Shown: positions 23,684 through 35,272, counted from the first letter of the stretch. The stretch: DNA of 64,000 nt from Trueperaceae bacterium (GCA_034521815.1 JAXHLW010000013.1:224001-288000), one strand, 5' to 3'. Notes: a model not told the origin generated them from the letters alone. Numbers and translations: made by a program.

Positions 23684-24429
23684 TCAAGGTCGTCGCGGTC
23701 GGAGACGTCCACGGCATGTGGGCCGAGCTGTGGCGCGTGCTCAAGGCGTCGGCTGCGGCCACGCCGCAGTACGAGCCCAGTCCGGCCGTCGTCGAGGGCC
23801 GGGTCCAAGTGGTGTGCGTGGGCGACCTGGTGCACTTCAAGGACGAGCGGGCGTACGCCAACGCCGTCGGCGTCGAGCCGTTCGATGCATCGAACCCCGA
23901 CCACCTGCGTCGCGCGGCGAAGGCCCAGATCCGAGAGCTGTACCGCTTCAAGCGGTTCGTCGAGGCCGCAGGCGGCAACGTCCAGATCGTCCTCGGGAAT
24001 CACGACGACGCGGCGATGCGGCACGAGTACGAGCTCAGCACACGCGGAGGCTTGCGCCACGTCGAGTTCGATCCGTCGCACGGAGGGCTGGCGTTGCCCG
24101 ACGATCTGGCCGAGTGGTTCGCGAGCTTCCCGAGGGACGTACGGTTCCACGGCGTTCAGTTCGCGCACGCCGGCCCGACGCCCGGTATGCAGCAGTTCGA
24201 CGATTTCTTCTATCACGACCCCGATACGAAGTCGTGGTGGTACGAGAAGCCGGAGCTCGTCAAGCTGTCGGGGCACCGCTTCGGGGTGTACGGCCACACC
24301 GTCATGACCGACGGGATCTACGTCGACCGCGAGCACGGCTTCGCCATGATCGACGCCCTGGCGCACCTGCAGTTCCTCGAGATGTTTCTCGACGACGATC
24401 GCTTGGACTACAGCATCAGTCGGATCTGA
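23680..24429 (+). CDS. Calcineurin-like metallophosphoesterase
   Basis: GDVHG, GDLVH, GNHD, HAG and GHT motifs. Confidence 0.88.
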   Translation: MIKVVAVGDVHGMWAELWRVLKASAAATPQYEPSPAVVEGRVQVVCVGDLVHFKDERAYANAVGVEPFDASNPDHLRRAAKAQIRELYRFKRFVEAAGGNVQIVLGNHDDAAMRHEYELSTRGGLRHVEFDPSHGGLALPDDLAEWFASFPRDVRFHGVQFAHAGPTPGMQQFDDFFYHDPDTKSWWYEKPELVKLSGHRFGVYGHTVMTDGIYVDREHGFAMIDALAHLQFLEMFLDDDRLDYSISRI

Positions 24430-25110
24430 TCAGAGGGCGTAGCCGCCCTCGTCCGCGTCGCGAACCAGCTCCCCGCCTCGCAGCACCAGGGTGCGCCGGC
24501 GCAGCCGATCGACCAGGTCGCGCGAGTGGGTGGCGATCACGATCGTCGTGCCGCGAATGTTCAGGTCGCTGAGCAGCTCCAGAATCTCCCAGCTGGTGTC
24601 GGGGTCGAGGTTGCCGGTCGGCTCGTCGCAGAGCAGCAGGGGAGGGTTCGTCACCATCGCACGGGCGATCGCGACGCGTTGCTGTTCCCCCATCGACAGC
24701 TCGATCGGGAACGCCTTGCGCTTGTGGGCCAGACCGACTTGGCGGAGCACCTGCAGGGCGCGCTGGTCGAGGTTGCCGCGCGTGCCCGAGGCGCGCAGGG
24801 CGAAGGTCAGGTTCTCGATCGCGGACATGCTGGGCAACAGCGCGTGGTCTTGGAACACCATCCCGATCGCCCGACGCAGCAGCGGCAGCTTGCGCTCCGG
24901 CAGCCGGGCGAGATCCTGACTGCTGACGGTCACGCGACCTTCGCTGGGCACGATCCGGCGCAGCATCAACGACAGCAGCGTCGACTTGCCGGCGCCCGAA
25001 TGGCCCGTGATGTACACGAACTCGCCCTTGCGGATGCGGAAGTCGACGTCCCGCAACGCATGGGTGTGCGTTCGTGGGTACGTCTTCGTGACGTGTTCGA
25101 AACGGATCAC
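24430..25110 (-). CDS. ftsE: Cell division ATP-binding protein FtsE
   Basis: GHSGAGKST, LRRAIGMVFQD, EQQRVAIARA and DEPTGNLDP. Confidence 0.85.
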   Translation of the reverse strand: MIRFEHVTKTYPRTHTHALRDVDFRIRKGEFVYITGHSGAGKSTLLSLMLRRIVPSEGRVTVSSQDLARLPERKLPLLRRAIGMVFQDHALLPSMSAIENLTFALRASGTRGNLDQRALQVLRQVGLAHKRKAFPIELSMGEQQRVAIARAMVTNPPLLLCDEPTGNLDPDTSWEILELLSDLNIRGTTIVIATHSRDLVDRLRRRTLVLRGGELVRDADEGGYAL

Positions 25111-25119
25111 GAACGCATG

Positions 25120-26058
25120 CTACCGGCTGCCGCTGTACTCGGCCAGAGCCTGGTGCAGCCTTTCCCGCGCGGAGACGGCGTCGATCCTGACGAGGACCTC
25201 GGTGTTCGGCTCGCGCCTGCGCTCCAGGTCGCGCTGGTCGCACAGCGTCATGCCGCGCGTGTGCACGCCACGAAGCTCGACGGCGACGTGCAACGGCTCG
25301 CGCTCGAACAGCTCGGGATCGGTGAGGGCCAGGACGGCGCACGGGTCGTGCATCGGCGCCGAGGTTCGACCGGAGTGCCGTTGGTAGGAGTCCAGGAAGA
25401 AGCCCAGCAGCTCCGACGCGAACACGCCCACCTCGCTGCCCAGAGCGTGCAGCGCCTCGACCTCGTCGCGCCCCAGCCTGAACTGGTGGGTCAGATCGAG
25501 GCCGGCCATGACGATCCTCGCCCCGCTGCTGAACACGACGTCGGCCGCCTCGGGGTCGGCCAGGATGTTGAACTCGGCCGCTGCGGTGGTGTTGCCGTAC
25601 GTTCGCGAGCCGCCCATCAGGCTGATCCCCGCGATCCGGCGAGGCAGCTCCGGGTCGAGGCGCATCGCCAGCGCCACGTTCGTGAGCGGTCCCGTCGGGA
25701 CCAGCCACAGATCGTGATGCGCCTTGGCCGCCTCGACGATCGCGATCGCGGCCGGCGTCGGGTCGACGTCGCCACGGGGCGAGGGCAGCACCGGCCCGTC
25801 CAGCCCGCTGTCGCCGTGGATGTCGGGGGCGTGGAGCGGCTGGCCGACCAGCGGCCCGGCCGCTCCACGGTGCACCGGCACGTCGAGGCCGGCGAGGTCG
25901 CGAACGATCAGGGCGTTGCGGGTCGTGGACGCGATGCCGACGTTGCCCGAGACGGTCGAGATCGCGACCAGCTCGCAGGTGCGCGCGGCGAACAGCAGCG
26001 CGAACGCGTCGTCGTGCCCGGGATCGCAGTCGATCAGGACGCGCGGACGAGCGCTCAC
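25120..26058 (-). CDS. Nucleoside hydrolase (IU-NH family)
   Basis: [31 protein letters not shown] and HDP. Confidence 0.92.
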   Translation of the reverse strand: MSARPRVLIDCDPGHDDAFALLFAARTCELVAISTVSGNVGIASTTRNALIVRDLAGLDVPVHRGAAGPLVGQPLHAPDIHGDSGLDGPVLPSPRGDVDPTPAAIAIVEAAKAHHDLWLVPTGPLTNVALAMRLDPELPRRIAGISLMGGSRTYGNTTAAAEFNILADPEAADVVFSSGARIVMAGLDLTHQFRLGRDEVEALHALGSEVGVFASELLGFFLDSYQRHSGRTSAPMHDPCAVLALTDPELFEREPLHVAVELRGVHTRGMTLCDQRDLERRREPNTEVLVRIDAVSARERLHQALAEYSGSR

Positions 26059-28625
26059 GACGCGTCCTCGTCGTCGTCTTCGCCGTCGCGCCCGGACGCG
26101 TCGCTCTGCGTGGGGTCGCTCTGCGGGGCGATCTGCGTAGGGTCGATCTGCGCGGCGTCCAGCTGTGCCGACTCGACCTCGTCGCCGACCTCCTCGAGCT
26201 TCTCCTCGGCCAGCATGACCAGCGCCGAGACCACGCGGTCCTCCTCGCCCAGGCGCATGATCGTCACGCCTTGCGAGGCGCGGCCGTACGAGCTGACCTG
26301 CGCGACCTTGGTGCGGATCAGGATGCCGCCCTCGGACAGGACGAACAGCTCCTCGTCGCCCAGGACCGGGGCCAGCGTGACCAGCGAGCCGGTCTTCGGC
26401 GTCACGCGGAGCGTGATGACGCCCATCCCTCCCCGGCCGCGCAACGGATAGTCGGTGAGCCTCGTGCGCTTGCCGTAGCCACGCTCGGAGACGGCGAGCA
26501 GCTCGGCGACGTCGCGCTCGTCGGGGCCGGTCGTGGCCAGGCTGACGACGACGTCCCCCTCGCGGAGGCGGATGCCGATCACGCCCTGCGTCGCGCGGCC
26601 GGTGTCGCGGACCGCGGACTCCTCGAAGCGGATCGCCTGTCCGTCGCGCGTGGCGAGGACGACGTCGTGCTGGCCCTCGGTCACCCGCACGGCGACCAGG
26701 TGGTCGCCGTCGACGAGGTTGATCGCGATGAGCCCGGCGGCGTTGATGTTGGCGTACTCGCGGAGCGCGGTGCGCTTGACGAGGCCCTGACGGGTCGCGA
26801 ACACGAAGTAGCCTTGGGCGCCGAAGTCCTTGATCGACAGCACCGTCTGCACGGTCTCGTCGTCGTCCAGCGGCAGCAGGTTGCGGACGTGGCTGCCGCG
26901 CGCGGCGCGCTCGGCTTCGGGCAGATCGTAGATCTTCTCGCGATGCACCCGGCCGCGATCGGTGAAGAACAGCAGGTAGTCGTGCGTCGAGCCCACCAGC
27001 AGCAGGCTGTTGACGTCGTCCTCCTTGGCACGCTGGCTGCTGACGCCGCGCCCGCCGCGCGACTGGGCCCGGTACGAGCTCAGGGCCGTGCGCTTGATGT
27101 AGCCGCCCCGCGTGAGGGTGACGACCATCGCCTCCTCGGCGATCAGGTCCTCCTTGCCGATGTCGTCCGACAGGCGTCCGACCTGCGTGCGGCGCGCGTC
27201 GCCGAAGCGCTCCTTGATGTCGAGCAGCTCGGCCTCGACCACGCCCCACAGCTCGGTGGCGTCGCCCAGGATCGTCTCGAGACGACCGATCAGCTCCTGC
27301 AGCTCGGCGTACTCGCTCTCGATCTTGGCGCGCTCCAGGCCGGTGAGGCGCTGCAGGCGCATGTCCAGAACCGCCTGCGCCTGGGCCTCGCTCAGGCCGA
27401 AGCGCTCCATCAGGCCCGTCCGCGCGGCGGGGCCGTCGGGCGAGCGGCGGATCAGCGCGATGACCTCGTCGAGGTTGTCCAGCGCGATCAGGTACCCCTC
27501 GAGCACGTGCGCGCGCTCGCGCGCCTTGCGCAGCTCGTACTCGGTGCGCCGCTGGATCACGTCGGCCCGGTGGTCGAGGTAGTGCCGCATCGTGTCCGCG
27601 AGCGGCAGCAGCCGCGGCGAGCGGCCCACGATCAGCACGTTGTTGATCGCGAAGGTGGACTGAAGCTGGGTGTACTTGTACAGCTGGTTCAGCACCAGCT
27701 CGGGGAAGGCGCCCTTCTTGAGCTCGAACACGATCCGCATGCCTTGACGGTCGGACTCGTCGCGGATGTTCGAGATGTCCTCGATCTTCTTCGAGCGCAC
27801 CAGCTGCGCAGCCGTCTGGATCAGGCTGGTCTTGTTCACCTGGTAGGGAATCTCGGTCACCACGATGGCGGCCTTCGCGCCGCGATCCTCGATCCGGGCG
27901 CGGCCACGGACGCGGATCGAGCCTCGGCCGGTCTCGTACGCCAGGCGGATCCCCTCGGTGCCGATGATGCCGCCGGTCGGGAAGTCGGGGCCCTTGACGT
28001 GGGTCATGAGCTCGTCCAGCGACAGGTTCGGGTCGCGGATCAGCGCGACCAGGCCGCCGATGATCTCGTTCAGGTTGTGGGGCGCGATGTTGGTCGCCAT
28101 GCCCACGGCGATGCCCGACGCGCCGTTCACCAGCAGGTTCGGGAAGGAGGAGGGCAGCACCTCGGGCTCGCTGGTCGTGCCGTCGTAGTTCTCGCGGTCG
28201 TCGACCGTCTCCTTGTCGATGTCGACCAGCAGAGACTCGGCGACCTTCGTCAGGCGCGCCTCGGTGTACCGGTAGGCGGCCGCAGGGTCGCCGTCGATCG
28301 ATCCGAAGTTGCCCTGGCCGTCGACCAGCGGGTAGCGCACGTTCCACGGCTGCGCCATCCGCACCATCGCGTCGTACACGGCGGAGTCGCCGTGCGGGTG
28401 GTACTTCTTGATCACCTCGCCGACGACGCCGGCGGACTTCGAGTGCTTACGGTTGCTTGCCAGGCCCTCTTGCTGCATCGCATAGAGGATCCGCCGCTGG
28501 ACGGGCTTGAGCCCGTCGCGGACGTCGGGCAGGGCCCGGTCCACGATCACCGACATGGCGTAGTTGATGAAGCTCGTCTTGATCTCGTCCGTGATCTGGA
28601 CGGGGACGACCTGTCCTTCGTTCAA
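26055..28625 (-). CDS. gyrA: DNA gyrase subunit A
   Basis: [22 protein letters not shown], GyrA-box QSRGGRG and acidic tail; TTG start with GAGGAGG RBS. Confidence 0.97.
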   Translation of the reverse strand: MNEGQVVPVQITDEIKTSFINYAMSVIVDRALPDVRDGLKPVQRRILYAMQQEGLASNRKHSKSAGVVGEVIKKYHPHGDSAVYDAMVRMAQPWNVRYPLVDGQGNFGSIDGDPAAAYRYTEARLTKVAESLLVDIDKETVDDRENYDGTTSEPEVLPSSFPNLLVNGASGIAVGMATNIAPHNLNEIIGGLVALIRDPNLSLDELMTHVKGPDFPTGGIIGTEGIRLAYETGRGSIRVRGRARIEDRGAKAAIVVTEIPYQVNKTSLIQTAAQLVRSKKIEDISNIRDESDRQGMRIVFELKKGAFPELVLNQLYKYTQLQSTFAINNVLIVGRSPRLLPLADTMRHYLDHRADVIQRRTEYELRKARERAHVLEGYLIALDNLDEVIALIRRSPDGPAARTGLMERFGLSEAQAQAVLDMRLQRLTGLERAKIESEYAELQELIGRLETILGDATELWGVVEAELLDIKERFGDARRTQVGRLSDDIGKEDLIAEEAMVVTLTRGGYIKRTALSSYRAQSRGGRGVSSQRAKEDDVNSLLLVGSTHDYLLFFTDRGRVHREKIYDLPEAERAARGSHVRNLLPLDDDETVQTVLSIKDFGAQGYFVFATRQGLVKRTALREYANINAAGLIAINLVDGDHLVAVRVTEGQHDVVLATRDGQAIRFEESAVRDTGRATQGVIGIRLREGDVVVSLATTGPDERDVAELLAVSERGYGKRTRLTDYPLRGRGGMGVITLRVTPKTGSLVTLAPVLGDEELFVLSEGGILIRTKVAQVSSYGRASQGVTIMRLGEEDRVVSALVMLAEEKLEEVGDEVESAQLDAAQIDPTQIAPQSDPTQSDASGRDGEDDDEDAS

Positions 28626-28896
28626 CGGGTCCCTCCTCGGGGGTCGGGCGGGGGTCGCGCTCCGGAGGCCGCGCCCCTATCGGGGCGGCCGGTCCGGGGC
28701 GTCGCGGCAACGGCGCAGTCTACCATTCCGCTGCGCACCTCGGTCCATTGGCGCGTGCGTCTGCGACGCACGAAACCGATTCCGGCCGGGAGCGGCTCGG
28801 CGGCCTCCGAGCGGTCGCGAGGCGGCCCGGCACGGTTGCCGTGAGGCGCCCGCCGTCGGCCCCGGCCGGCGCGGCGCACCGTGGTAGCGTTCCGCC

Positions 28897-30216
28897 ATGA
28901 TCGACCGCTACGGCACGCCGGAGACGACCGAGCTGTGGAGCGAGGCCCAGCGCTACCGGACCTGGCTCGAGGTCGAGCTGGCCGCCGTCGAAGCGTTCGA
29001 GGCCCTCGGCGACGTGCCCGCGGGAACCGGGGCCGAGCTTCGCGCCGCGTCGGCGGCGAGGCCGCTGGACGCCGCCTTCGCGGTCCGCGTGGCCGAGCTC
29101 GAGGCGGAGACGCGGCACGACATCGTCGCGTTCACGCGCGCGCTCACCGAGCGCTTCGGCGCGCCGGCCCGCTTCGTGCACCTCGGTCTGACCTCGACCG
29201 ACGTCGTCGACACCGCCCAGAACCTGTCGCTGCGCCGGGCGTGCGAGCTGATCGAGGACGATCTCGCTGCCCTGCGGAGCCGCCTTCGTGACCTGGCCCA
29301 GCGCTACCGTCACGCTCCCTGCATCGGCCGGACCCACGGCGTCCACGCCGAGCCGATGACGTTCGGCCTCAAGTTCGTGTCGTTCGATGCGGCGGCGGCG
29401 CGCGATCAGCGCCGCCTGGCCGCGGCGAAGCAGGCGGTGTCGGTCGCGATGCTGTCCGGATCGGTCGGGACGTACGCGCACGTGCCTCCCGAGGTCGAGG
29501 CCCGGGTCGCTGCGCGCCTGGGCCTGGCGGTGGACCCGGTCACGAACCAGACCGTGGCGCGCGACCGGCACGCCGAGCTTCTCGCCGCACTGGCGCTGAT
29601 CGGCACCACGATCGAGCGGATCGCGCTCGAGATCCGGCACCTGCAGCGCAGCGAGGTCCGCGAGGCGCGCGAGGGCTTCGCGAAGGGTCAGACCGGCTCG
29701 TCGTCGATGCCGCACAAGAAGAACCCGATCGCGTCGGAGAACCTGACCGGCGTCGCCCGGCTGCTTCGCGGCTACGTAGGCCCCGCGCTCGAGGACGTCG
29801 CGCTCTGGCACGAGCGCGACATCAGCCACAGCTCCGTCGAGCGGGTCGTGCTGCCCGACGCCACGACGTTGGCGTCGTACGCCCTGCGCAGGATCGGGCG
29901 GGTGCTGGACGGCCTGGTGGTGGACGAGGACCGGATGCGCGAGAACGTCGGCGCGCTGCACGGCCTGGTCTATTCGCAGCGCGTGCTGCACGCCCTGATC
30001 GAGGCGGGCGCGATGCGCGAGGAGGCGTACGCCGTCGTCCAGCGTCACGCGCTCAGGGTCTGGGAGGGCGAGGGCGAGCTGAAGACGTTGCTCGCGGACG
30101 ATCCCGAGGTGCCACTGAGCGACGCCCAGCTCGACGCGGCGTTCGACCCGGCCTGGTACCTCCGGCACGTCGACGCGATCTACGCCCGCAACGGGCTCGG
30201 AGAGGACCAGCGATGA
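28897..30216 (+). CDS. purB: Adenylosuccinate lyase
   Basis: [29 protein letters not shown] and [10 protein letters not shown]. Confidence 0.95.
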   Translation: MIDRYGTPETTELWSEAQRYRTWLEVELAAVEAFEALGDVPAGTGAELRAASAARPLDAAFAVRVAELEAETRHDIVAFTRALTERFGAPARFVHLGLTSTDVVDTAQNLSLRRACELIEDDLAALRSRLRDLAQRYRHAPCIGRTHGVHAEPMTFGLKFVSFDAAAARDQRRLAAAKQAVSVAMLSGSVGTYAHVPPEVEARVAARLGLAVDPVTNQTVARDRHAELLAALALIGTTIERIALEIRHLQRSEVREAREGFAKGQTGSSSMPHKKNPIASENLTGVARLLRGYVGPALEDVALWHERDISHSSVERVVLPDATTLASYALRRIGRVLDGLVVDEDRMRENVGALHGLVYSQRVLHALIEAGAMREEAYAVVQRHALRVWEGEGELKTLLADDPEVPLSDAQLDAAFDPAWYLRHVDAIYARNGLGEDQR

Positions 30217-30947
30217 CCGACGACGCACCGGCGCGCACGGAGCTGCGCTACGAAGGCAAGGCCAAGCGCGTGTACGCCACCTCCGACCCCGAGCTGTACC
30301 GGGTCGAGTACAAGGACGACGCGACGGCGTACAACGCGGCGAAGCGCGGGACGATCGCCGGGAAGGGCGAGATGAACGCCGCCATCACCGCCACCCTGAT
30401 GCGCCACCTCGAGGCGGAGGGGATCCGGACGCACTTCGTGGCGCAGCTCGGCCCGCGTGAGCAGCTCGTCCGCCGCGTCGAGATCGTTCCCGTGGAGGTG
30501 ATCGTCCGCAACCGGGCGGCCGGCAGCTTCGCCGCCCGCTACGGCGTCGAGGAGGGGCCGGCGCTCGATCCGATCGTGATCGAGTGGTGCCTGAAGAGCG
30601 ACGAGCTGGGCGATCCGCCGATGAACGACGCGACCGCCGTGGCGCTGGGGTTCGCCAGCGAGGACGAGCTCGAGGCGCTGTTCGAAGGGGCGATCGCGGT
30701 CAACGAGGCGTTGCGTTCGTTCTTCGAGGAGCGCGGCCTGGACCTGGTGGACTTCAAGCTGGAGTTCGGCACCGATGCGGATGGACGCCTGCTGCTGGCC
30801 GACGAGATCAGCCCCGACACCTGTCGGCTGTGGGACCTGGAGAGCGGCGAGCGCCTGGACAAGGACCGGTTCCGGCGCGATCTCGGCGGCGTCGAGGAGG
30901 CGTACCGCGAGGTGACGCGACGCGTCGTGGACGAGGCGTCGGCATGA
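30213..30947 (+). CDS. purC: SAICAR synthase
   Basis: [27 protein letters not shown] and DKDRFR. Confidence 0.95.
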   Translation: MTDDAPARTELRYEGKAKRVYATSDPELYRVEYKDDATAYNAAKRGTIAGKGEMNAAITATLMRHLEAEGIRTHFVAQLGPREQLVRRVEIVPVEVIVRNRAAGSFAARYGVEEGPALDPIVIEWCLKSDELGDPPMNDATAVALGFASEDELEALFEGAIAVNEALRSFFEERGLDLVDFKLEFGTDADGRLLLADEISPDTCRLWDLESGERLDKDRFRRDLGGVEEAYREVTRRVVDEASA

Positions 30948-31270
30948 GCGCGAAGAGTGCGAGCCGTACCCGGGCGCGCGTCACCGTGCGCCTCAAGCCG
31001 GCGATCCTCGATCCGCAGGGTCGTGCGGTCCAAGCGACGTTGCAGCGGCTGGGGTACGAGGGGATCGACGAGCTGCGCGTCGGCAAGATCGTCGAGTTCA
31101 CGATCGCCGGCGAGCCGGCCCAGGCCGAGGGCGAGGTGCGCCGTATCGCCGAGGAGGTGCTGGCCAATCCGGTGATGGAAGACGTCGAGATCGCGCTCGA
31201 GCCGGCCGACGCGGAAGCACCGAGCGACGCGGACGCACCGAGCGACGCGGACGCGCGCGGCGACGGGTAG
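30944..31270 (+). CDS. purS: FGAM synthase subunit PurS
   Basis: [14 protein letters not shown] and LANPVME; C-terminal 18-nt repeat tail. Confidence 0.9.
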   Translation: MSAKSASRTRARVTVRLKPAILDPQGRAVQATLQRLGYEGIDELRVGKIVEFTIAGEPAQAEGEVRRIAEEVLANPVMEDVEIALEPADAEAPSDADAPSDADARGDG

Positions 31271-31282
31271 GGGAGCGGCCTG

Positions 31283-32122
31283 GTGGCCAGGACGCAGCGC
31301 GACACCCGTGGCGACGATCCCCTGCACGTCTCGGTCGTCGCCCAGGCGGGGCCCGTCCGCGGTCGCGTGGCGGTGCTGCACGGCTTCGCCGAGCACGGTG
31401 GGCGCTACGGCGAGCTGGCGCGCACCTTCGCCGCGCAAGGGCTCGAGGTGCACGTCCTGGACCTTCGTGGACACGGCCTGAGCAGCGGCGTCCGGGCGCT
31501 GGTCCGCGACGTCTCCGAGACGGCGAACGACGTGGTCGTTCTCCTGGAGCGCCTTCGCGCGGCCGGCGGGCCGGTGCTCGGCTTCGGTCACAGCTTCGGC
31601 GGCGCGCTGATGCTGCGCGCGGCGCAGCTCCGGCCGGACCTGGTCGACGCGGTGGCGGTGACCGGACCGTACCTGAAGACCGCGCTGGACGATCCGCCGT
31701 GGCTGTTCGGCGTCGTCGACGTCGTATCGCGCGTCCTGCCGCTCGTCAGGGGCCGGCCGATCGACGCGACGGTGGTATCGACGATTCCGGCAGAGGTGAG
31801 GCGCTACGTCGACGATCCGCTCGTGGACGTCGGCGGCGTACGCCTGGCCAGCGTGCGCGAGCTGCACGCGCTGGGCCCGCGCGTGCTGGCCGACGCGGGC
31901 CGCCTGGTCACGCCCACCCTGATCGTGCACGGTGGCGCCGATCGGCTGTCCTCCCCACGGGGAAGCCGCGAGCTGCGTGACGGCGCCGGCGCCGACGACG
32001 TCACGCTGATCGAGGTGCCGGGCAACGCGCACGACCTCCTTCACGACGTCGCGTCGGAGCAGGTGCTGAGCACGATCGTGACGTGGAGCCTGGAACGCCT
32101 TGGCCTCGCCGGCCGCGCGTAG
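31283..32122 (+). CDS. Alpha/beta hydrolase (lysophospholipase-like)
   Basis: HGFAEHGGRY, DLRGHGLS and GHSFGG. Confidence 0.88.
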   Translation: MARTQRDTRGDDPLHVSVVAQAGPVRGRVAVLHGFAEHGGRYGELARTFAAQGLEVHVLDLRGHGLSSGVRALVRDVSETANDVVVLLERLRAAGGPVLGFGHSFGGALMLRAAQLRPDLVDAVAVTGPYLKTALDDPPWLFGVVDVVSRVLPLVRGRPIDATVVSTIPAEVRRYVDDPLVDVGGVRLASVRELHALGPRVLADAGRLVTPTLIVHGGADRLSSPRGSRELRDGAGADDVTLIEVPGNAHDLLHDVASEQVLSTIVTWSLERLGLAGRA

Positions 32123-32172
32123 GCCCATAGTCCGTAGGCCGATGGTCCGTAGGCCGGTGCTCCGATCGATCG

Positions 32173-33318
32173 TCAGTCGTCCAGCCGGAACACCATGAAC
32201 TTGAGGTAGCGCCCCTCGGGAAACGACGCCGGAACCGGATGGTCGGCCGGCTGACCGCCACGGTGAACCACGGTGCCGTGGCGGCCGGCCTCGCGCAGGC
32301 CGGCGCGGACGGCGCCCTCGAACGCTTTCGGTGACACCTGCGCGGTGCACGACGCGGTCGCCAGCAGGCCGCCCGGCGCGACCAGGCGGGCGGCCCCCGC
32401 GTTGAGTCGCCGGTACGCCGCCTCCGCCCTGGCCCGCTGCCGCTTCCGTCGCGCCAACGACGGCGGATCGAGAACGACCAGCTCGAACGCCTCGCGTTCG
32501 TCCGCCCAGCGTGGCAGCGCAGCGAACACGTCCTCGTGGACGAGCCGGTGGCGAGACGCCGGCAGGTCGTTCAGCGCGACGTTCCGCTCCGCGTCGCGCA
32601 GCGCGGCCTCGGCGACGTCCACGCTCCACGCCTCTCGCGCCCCGCCGTCCAGGGCGTTGACGGTGAAGCCGCCGGCGTAGGCGAACAGGTTCAGCACGCG
32701 CGCGTCGCGAGCCAGCTCGCGCACGGTGGCCCGATGCTCGCGGTGGTCGAGGAACAGGCCGGTCTTCTGCCCCTCGCGGACGTTGGCGAGGAACCTGAGC
32801 CCGTTCTCGATCACCGTCTCCTCGGGGGGAGGAGCCTCCCCCGCGAGCACCTCGAGGCCGTCCGCGCGGCGCACCACGACGCCCTTCAAGCGGGCCTCGC
32901 GCAGCAGCGTCCTGGCGACGAGAGGGAGGTACGGCTCGACCGAGGAGGCGTGGGGCTGGATCACCGCGAACCGGCCGTAGCGGTCGGCGACCACCGCGGG
33001 CAGGCCGTCGCCCTCGCCGTGGATCAGGCGGTAGGCGGTGTGACCGGCCGCGGCCAGAGGGTCCCGCGCCCGGACCGAGCGGGCCACCGCCGCGCGCCAC
33101 CAGGCGTCGTCCGGGGTCGCCTCCCACGAGAACAGGCGCACGCCGATCGCCCCCTCGTCGTCGTACAGGCCGAACGCCACGGCCGAGCCGGCCTCCACGC
33201 GCACCCACTCGCCGACCCGAAGGTCGTGCCGTGGCAGCCGGTCACGGTAGATCCACGGGTGGCCGGAGCGCAGCGCGCGCTCCAGATCGGGCGTCAGCGT
33301 CACGGTGGCGAGACTCAA
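32173..33318 (-). CDS. RlmI-like SAM-dependent rRNA methyltransferase
   Basis: GHPWIY, GEGDGLP, GQKTGLFLD, LNLFAY, LDPP and YLK. Confidence 0.88.
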   Translation of the reverse strand: MSLATVTLTPDLERALRSGHPWIYRDRLPRHDLRVGEWVRVEAGSAVAFGLYDDEGAIGVRLFSWEATPDDAWWRAAVARSVRARDPLAAAGHTAYRLIHGEGDGLPAVVADRYGRFAVIQPHASSVEPYLPLVARTLLREARLKGVVVRRADGLEVLAGEAPPPEETVIENGLRFLANVREGQKTGLFLDHREHRATVRELARDARVLNLFAYAGGFTVNALDGGAREAWSVDVAEAALRDAERNVALNDLPASRHRLVHEDVFAALPRWADEREAFELVVLDPPSLARRKRQRARAEAAYRRLNAGAARLVAPGGLLATASCTAQVSPKAFEGAVRAGLREAGRHGTVVHRGGQPADHPVPASFPEGRYLKFMVFRLDD

Positions 33319-33357
33319 GGCGTGCTCACCCCTCCATCATGCCAGGCCTGTTCACGT

Positions 33358-34071
33358 TCACGAAAGCCCGGCCAGCGCTTTCGCCTCGGCCAGGACCGCG
33401 TCCAGCATCGGCTCGGTGAGCACGCCGGTGTTCGTGTTCTGGAAGCTGACGTGGTAGCCGTCGATCAATGGCAGCGCGGCCACCTCCGGATACGCCTCGT
33501 CCAGGCGGTGCACCTCGCCGTGGGCGAAGCGGTGGCGGGCCTTCACCAGCCGCGCCCCGCGCGCCTTCACCAGCTCCAGGTAGGCATCGTGCGCGAACGC
33601 GCCCAGCGCCAGGACCACGCGCAGCCGCGGCAGCGCGCCCAGGTCGCCGACCAGCCAGGGGCGGCAGCGGGCCGCCTCGTCGCGCGTGGGCTTGTTGCCG
33701 GGCGGGACGCAGCGCACCGCGGCCGTGATCCACACTCCCCGCAGGCGCAGGCCGTCACCGCGCGACAGGCTGCGGGGCCGGTCCGCCAGGCCCGCCCGGT
33801 GCAGCGCGGGGAAGAGGACCGAGCCGGAGGCGTCGCCGGTGAACTGACGGCCGGTACGGTTCGAGCCGTGCGCGCCGGGCGCCAGCCCCAGCAGCACCAG
33901 CCGGGCCTCCGGATCGCCGAAGCCCGGCACGGGGCGTCCCCAGTACGGCTCGTCGCGGTAGGCGGCCCGCTTGCGGGTGGCCACCGCCTCGCGGTGCTCG
34001 ACCAGGCGCGGGCACGCCGTGCAGCGCTCCAGCTCGCTGGGCAGGCGCTCGTGCGCCGACCACGAGGTCAC
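33358..34071 (-). CDS. Uracil-DNA glycosylase (family 5, Fe-S)
   Basis: CTACPRL, GLAPGAHGSNRTG, RCVPPGNKP and YHVSFQNTNTG. Confidence 0.9.
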   Translation of the reverse strand: MTSWSAHERLPSELERCTACPRLVEHREAVATRKRAAYRDEPYWGRPVPGFGDPEARLVLLGLAPGAHGSNRTGRQFTGDASGSVLFPALHRAGLADRPRSLSRGDGLRLRGVWITAAVRCVPPGNKPTRDEAARCRPWLVGDLGALPRLRVVLALGAFAHDAYLELVKARGARLVKARHRFAHGEVHRLDEAYPEVAALPLIDGYHVSFQNTNTGVLTEPMLDAVLAEAKALAGLS

Positions 34072-35228
34072 GCGTCCGCGAGCGTCCGGGCGATCCGCTG
34101 CAGCGCGTCGTCGACGATGGCGCGCGAGGTCGCGAAGTTCAGGCGCGCGAAGCCGCGGCCGGCAGGGCCGTAGCTGGCGCCGTCGTTCAGGCCCAGGCGC
34201 GCACGCTCCAGCAGCGCGCCGGCGGGGTCGTCCGCCAGCGGCGTGTTCCGGAAGTCCAGCCAGGCGAGGTAGGTGGCCTCGGGCGAGTGCATCCGAACGC
34301 CGGGAAGACGGTCGCTCACGACCTGTGCCACGTGGTCGCGGTTCGCTTTCAGGTACGCCAGCGTGTCGTCCAGCCAGGCGTCCGCGTCGCGCACCGCCGC
34401 CAGGGCTCCCGCCTGCGACACGCTGGGGGCCGGCATCGCGAAGCCGAACATCGCCTCCTTGAACCGCTCCATCACGGCCGGATCCTCGGCGACCGCGAAG
34501 CCGATCTTCAGCCCGGCCAGGTTGAACGCCTTGGTCGGCCCGACCAGGGTGACGGTGCGCCTCGCCACCTCGGGCGACACGGACGCGAACGGCACGTGGG
34601 TCGTGCCGTAGTTCAGGTCGGCGTGGAGCTCGTCGGAGACGACGAACAGGCGGTGCTCCAGCACCCGCTGGGCCAGCGCCTCGAGCTCGGCGCGGTCGAA
34701 CACGCGACCGGTCGGATTGTGCGGGTGACACAGCGCCAGCAGCCGCGTCGACGGGTCGATCGCCGCGTCGAGCGCGTCCAGGTCCAGCCTCCAGCCGCCT
34801 TCGGTCTCGGTCAGGTCGGCCGTCTGGAAGGTCCGTCCCTGCTTCTCGGCCGCCATCCGGAACGGGGGATAGAGCGGCGTCGTCGCCAGCACGCCGTCGC
34901 CCTGCGAGGCGAACGCCTTCACGGCTCCGAACAGCCCCGCCACCGTTCCGGGGACGATCCAGACCGCGTCCGGATCGACCCGCCAGCCGCTGCGACGCTC
35001 CAGCCGGTCGCAGACCGCCTGGCGAAGCCCCGGCAGGCCGCCCCACTCCGGGTAGCCGAACAGGTCGCCGTCGGCGTAGGCGCGAAGGGCCGCGCGGATC
35101 GGCTCGGCCACGGGAAAGTCCATGTCCGCCACCCACAACGGCAGCACGTCGGCGTCGTAGAACCGCCACTTCATCAACGGTCGCGCCCGCAGCGCGTCCA
35201 CGGTCAGGTCGTCGTAGGGGTGAGCCAT
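34068..35228 (-). CDS. MalY/PatB PLP-dependent C-S lyase
   Basis: LWVADMDF, HNPTGRV, DELHAD, TKAFNLAGL and ATYLAWLD. Confidence 0.92.
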   Translation of the reverse strand: MAHPYDDLTVDALRARPLMKWRFYDADVLPLWVADMDFPVAEPIRAALRAYADGDLFGYPEWGGLPGLRQAVCDRLERRSGWRVDPDAVWIVPGTVAGLFGAVKAFASQGDGVLATTPLYPPFRMAAEKQGRTFQTADLTETEGGWRLDLDALDAAIDPSTRLLALCHPHNPTGRVFDRAELEALAQRVLEHRLFVVSDELHADLNYGTTHVPFASVSPEVARRTVTLVGPTKAFNLAGLKIGFAVAEDPAVMERFKEAMFGFAMPAPSVSQAGALAAVRDADAWLDDTLAYLKANRDHVAQVVSDRLPGVRMHSPEATYLAWLDFRNTPLADDPAGALLERARLGLNDGASYGPAGRGFARLNFATSRAIVDDALQRIARTLADA

Positions 35229-35272
35229 GCGGGAGGATACCCAAGCGGCTCCGGCACCGGTACCGTGAGGGC

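Noticed and set aside
25120-26058. Nucleoside hydrolase as QueK queuosine hydrolase
   Set aside because: Same family, but 13 kb from tgt, coupled to gyrA, and no diagnostic residues I can assess
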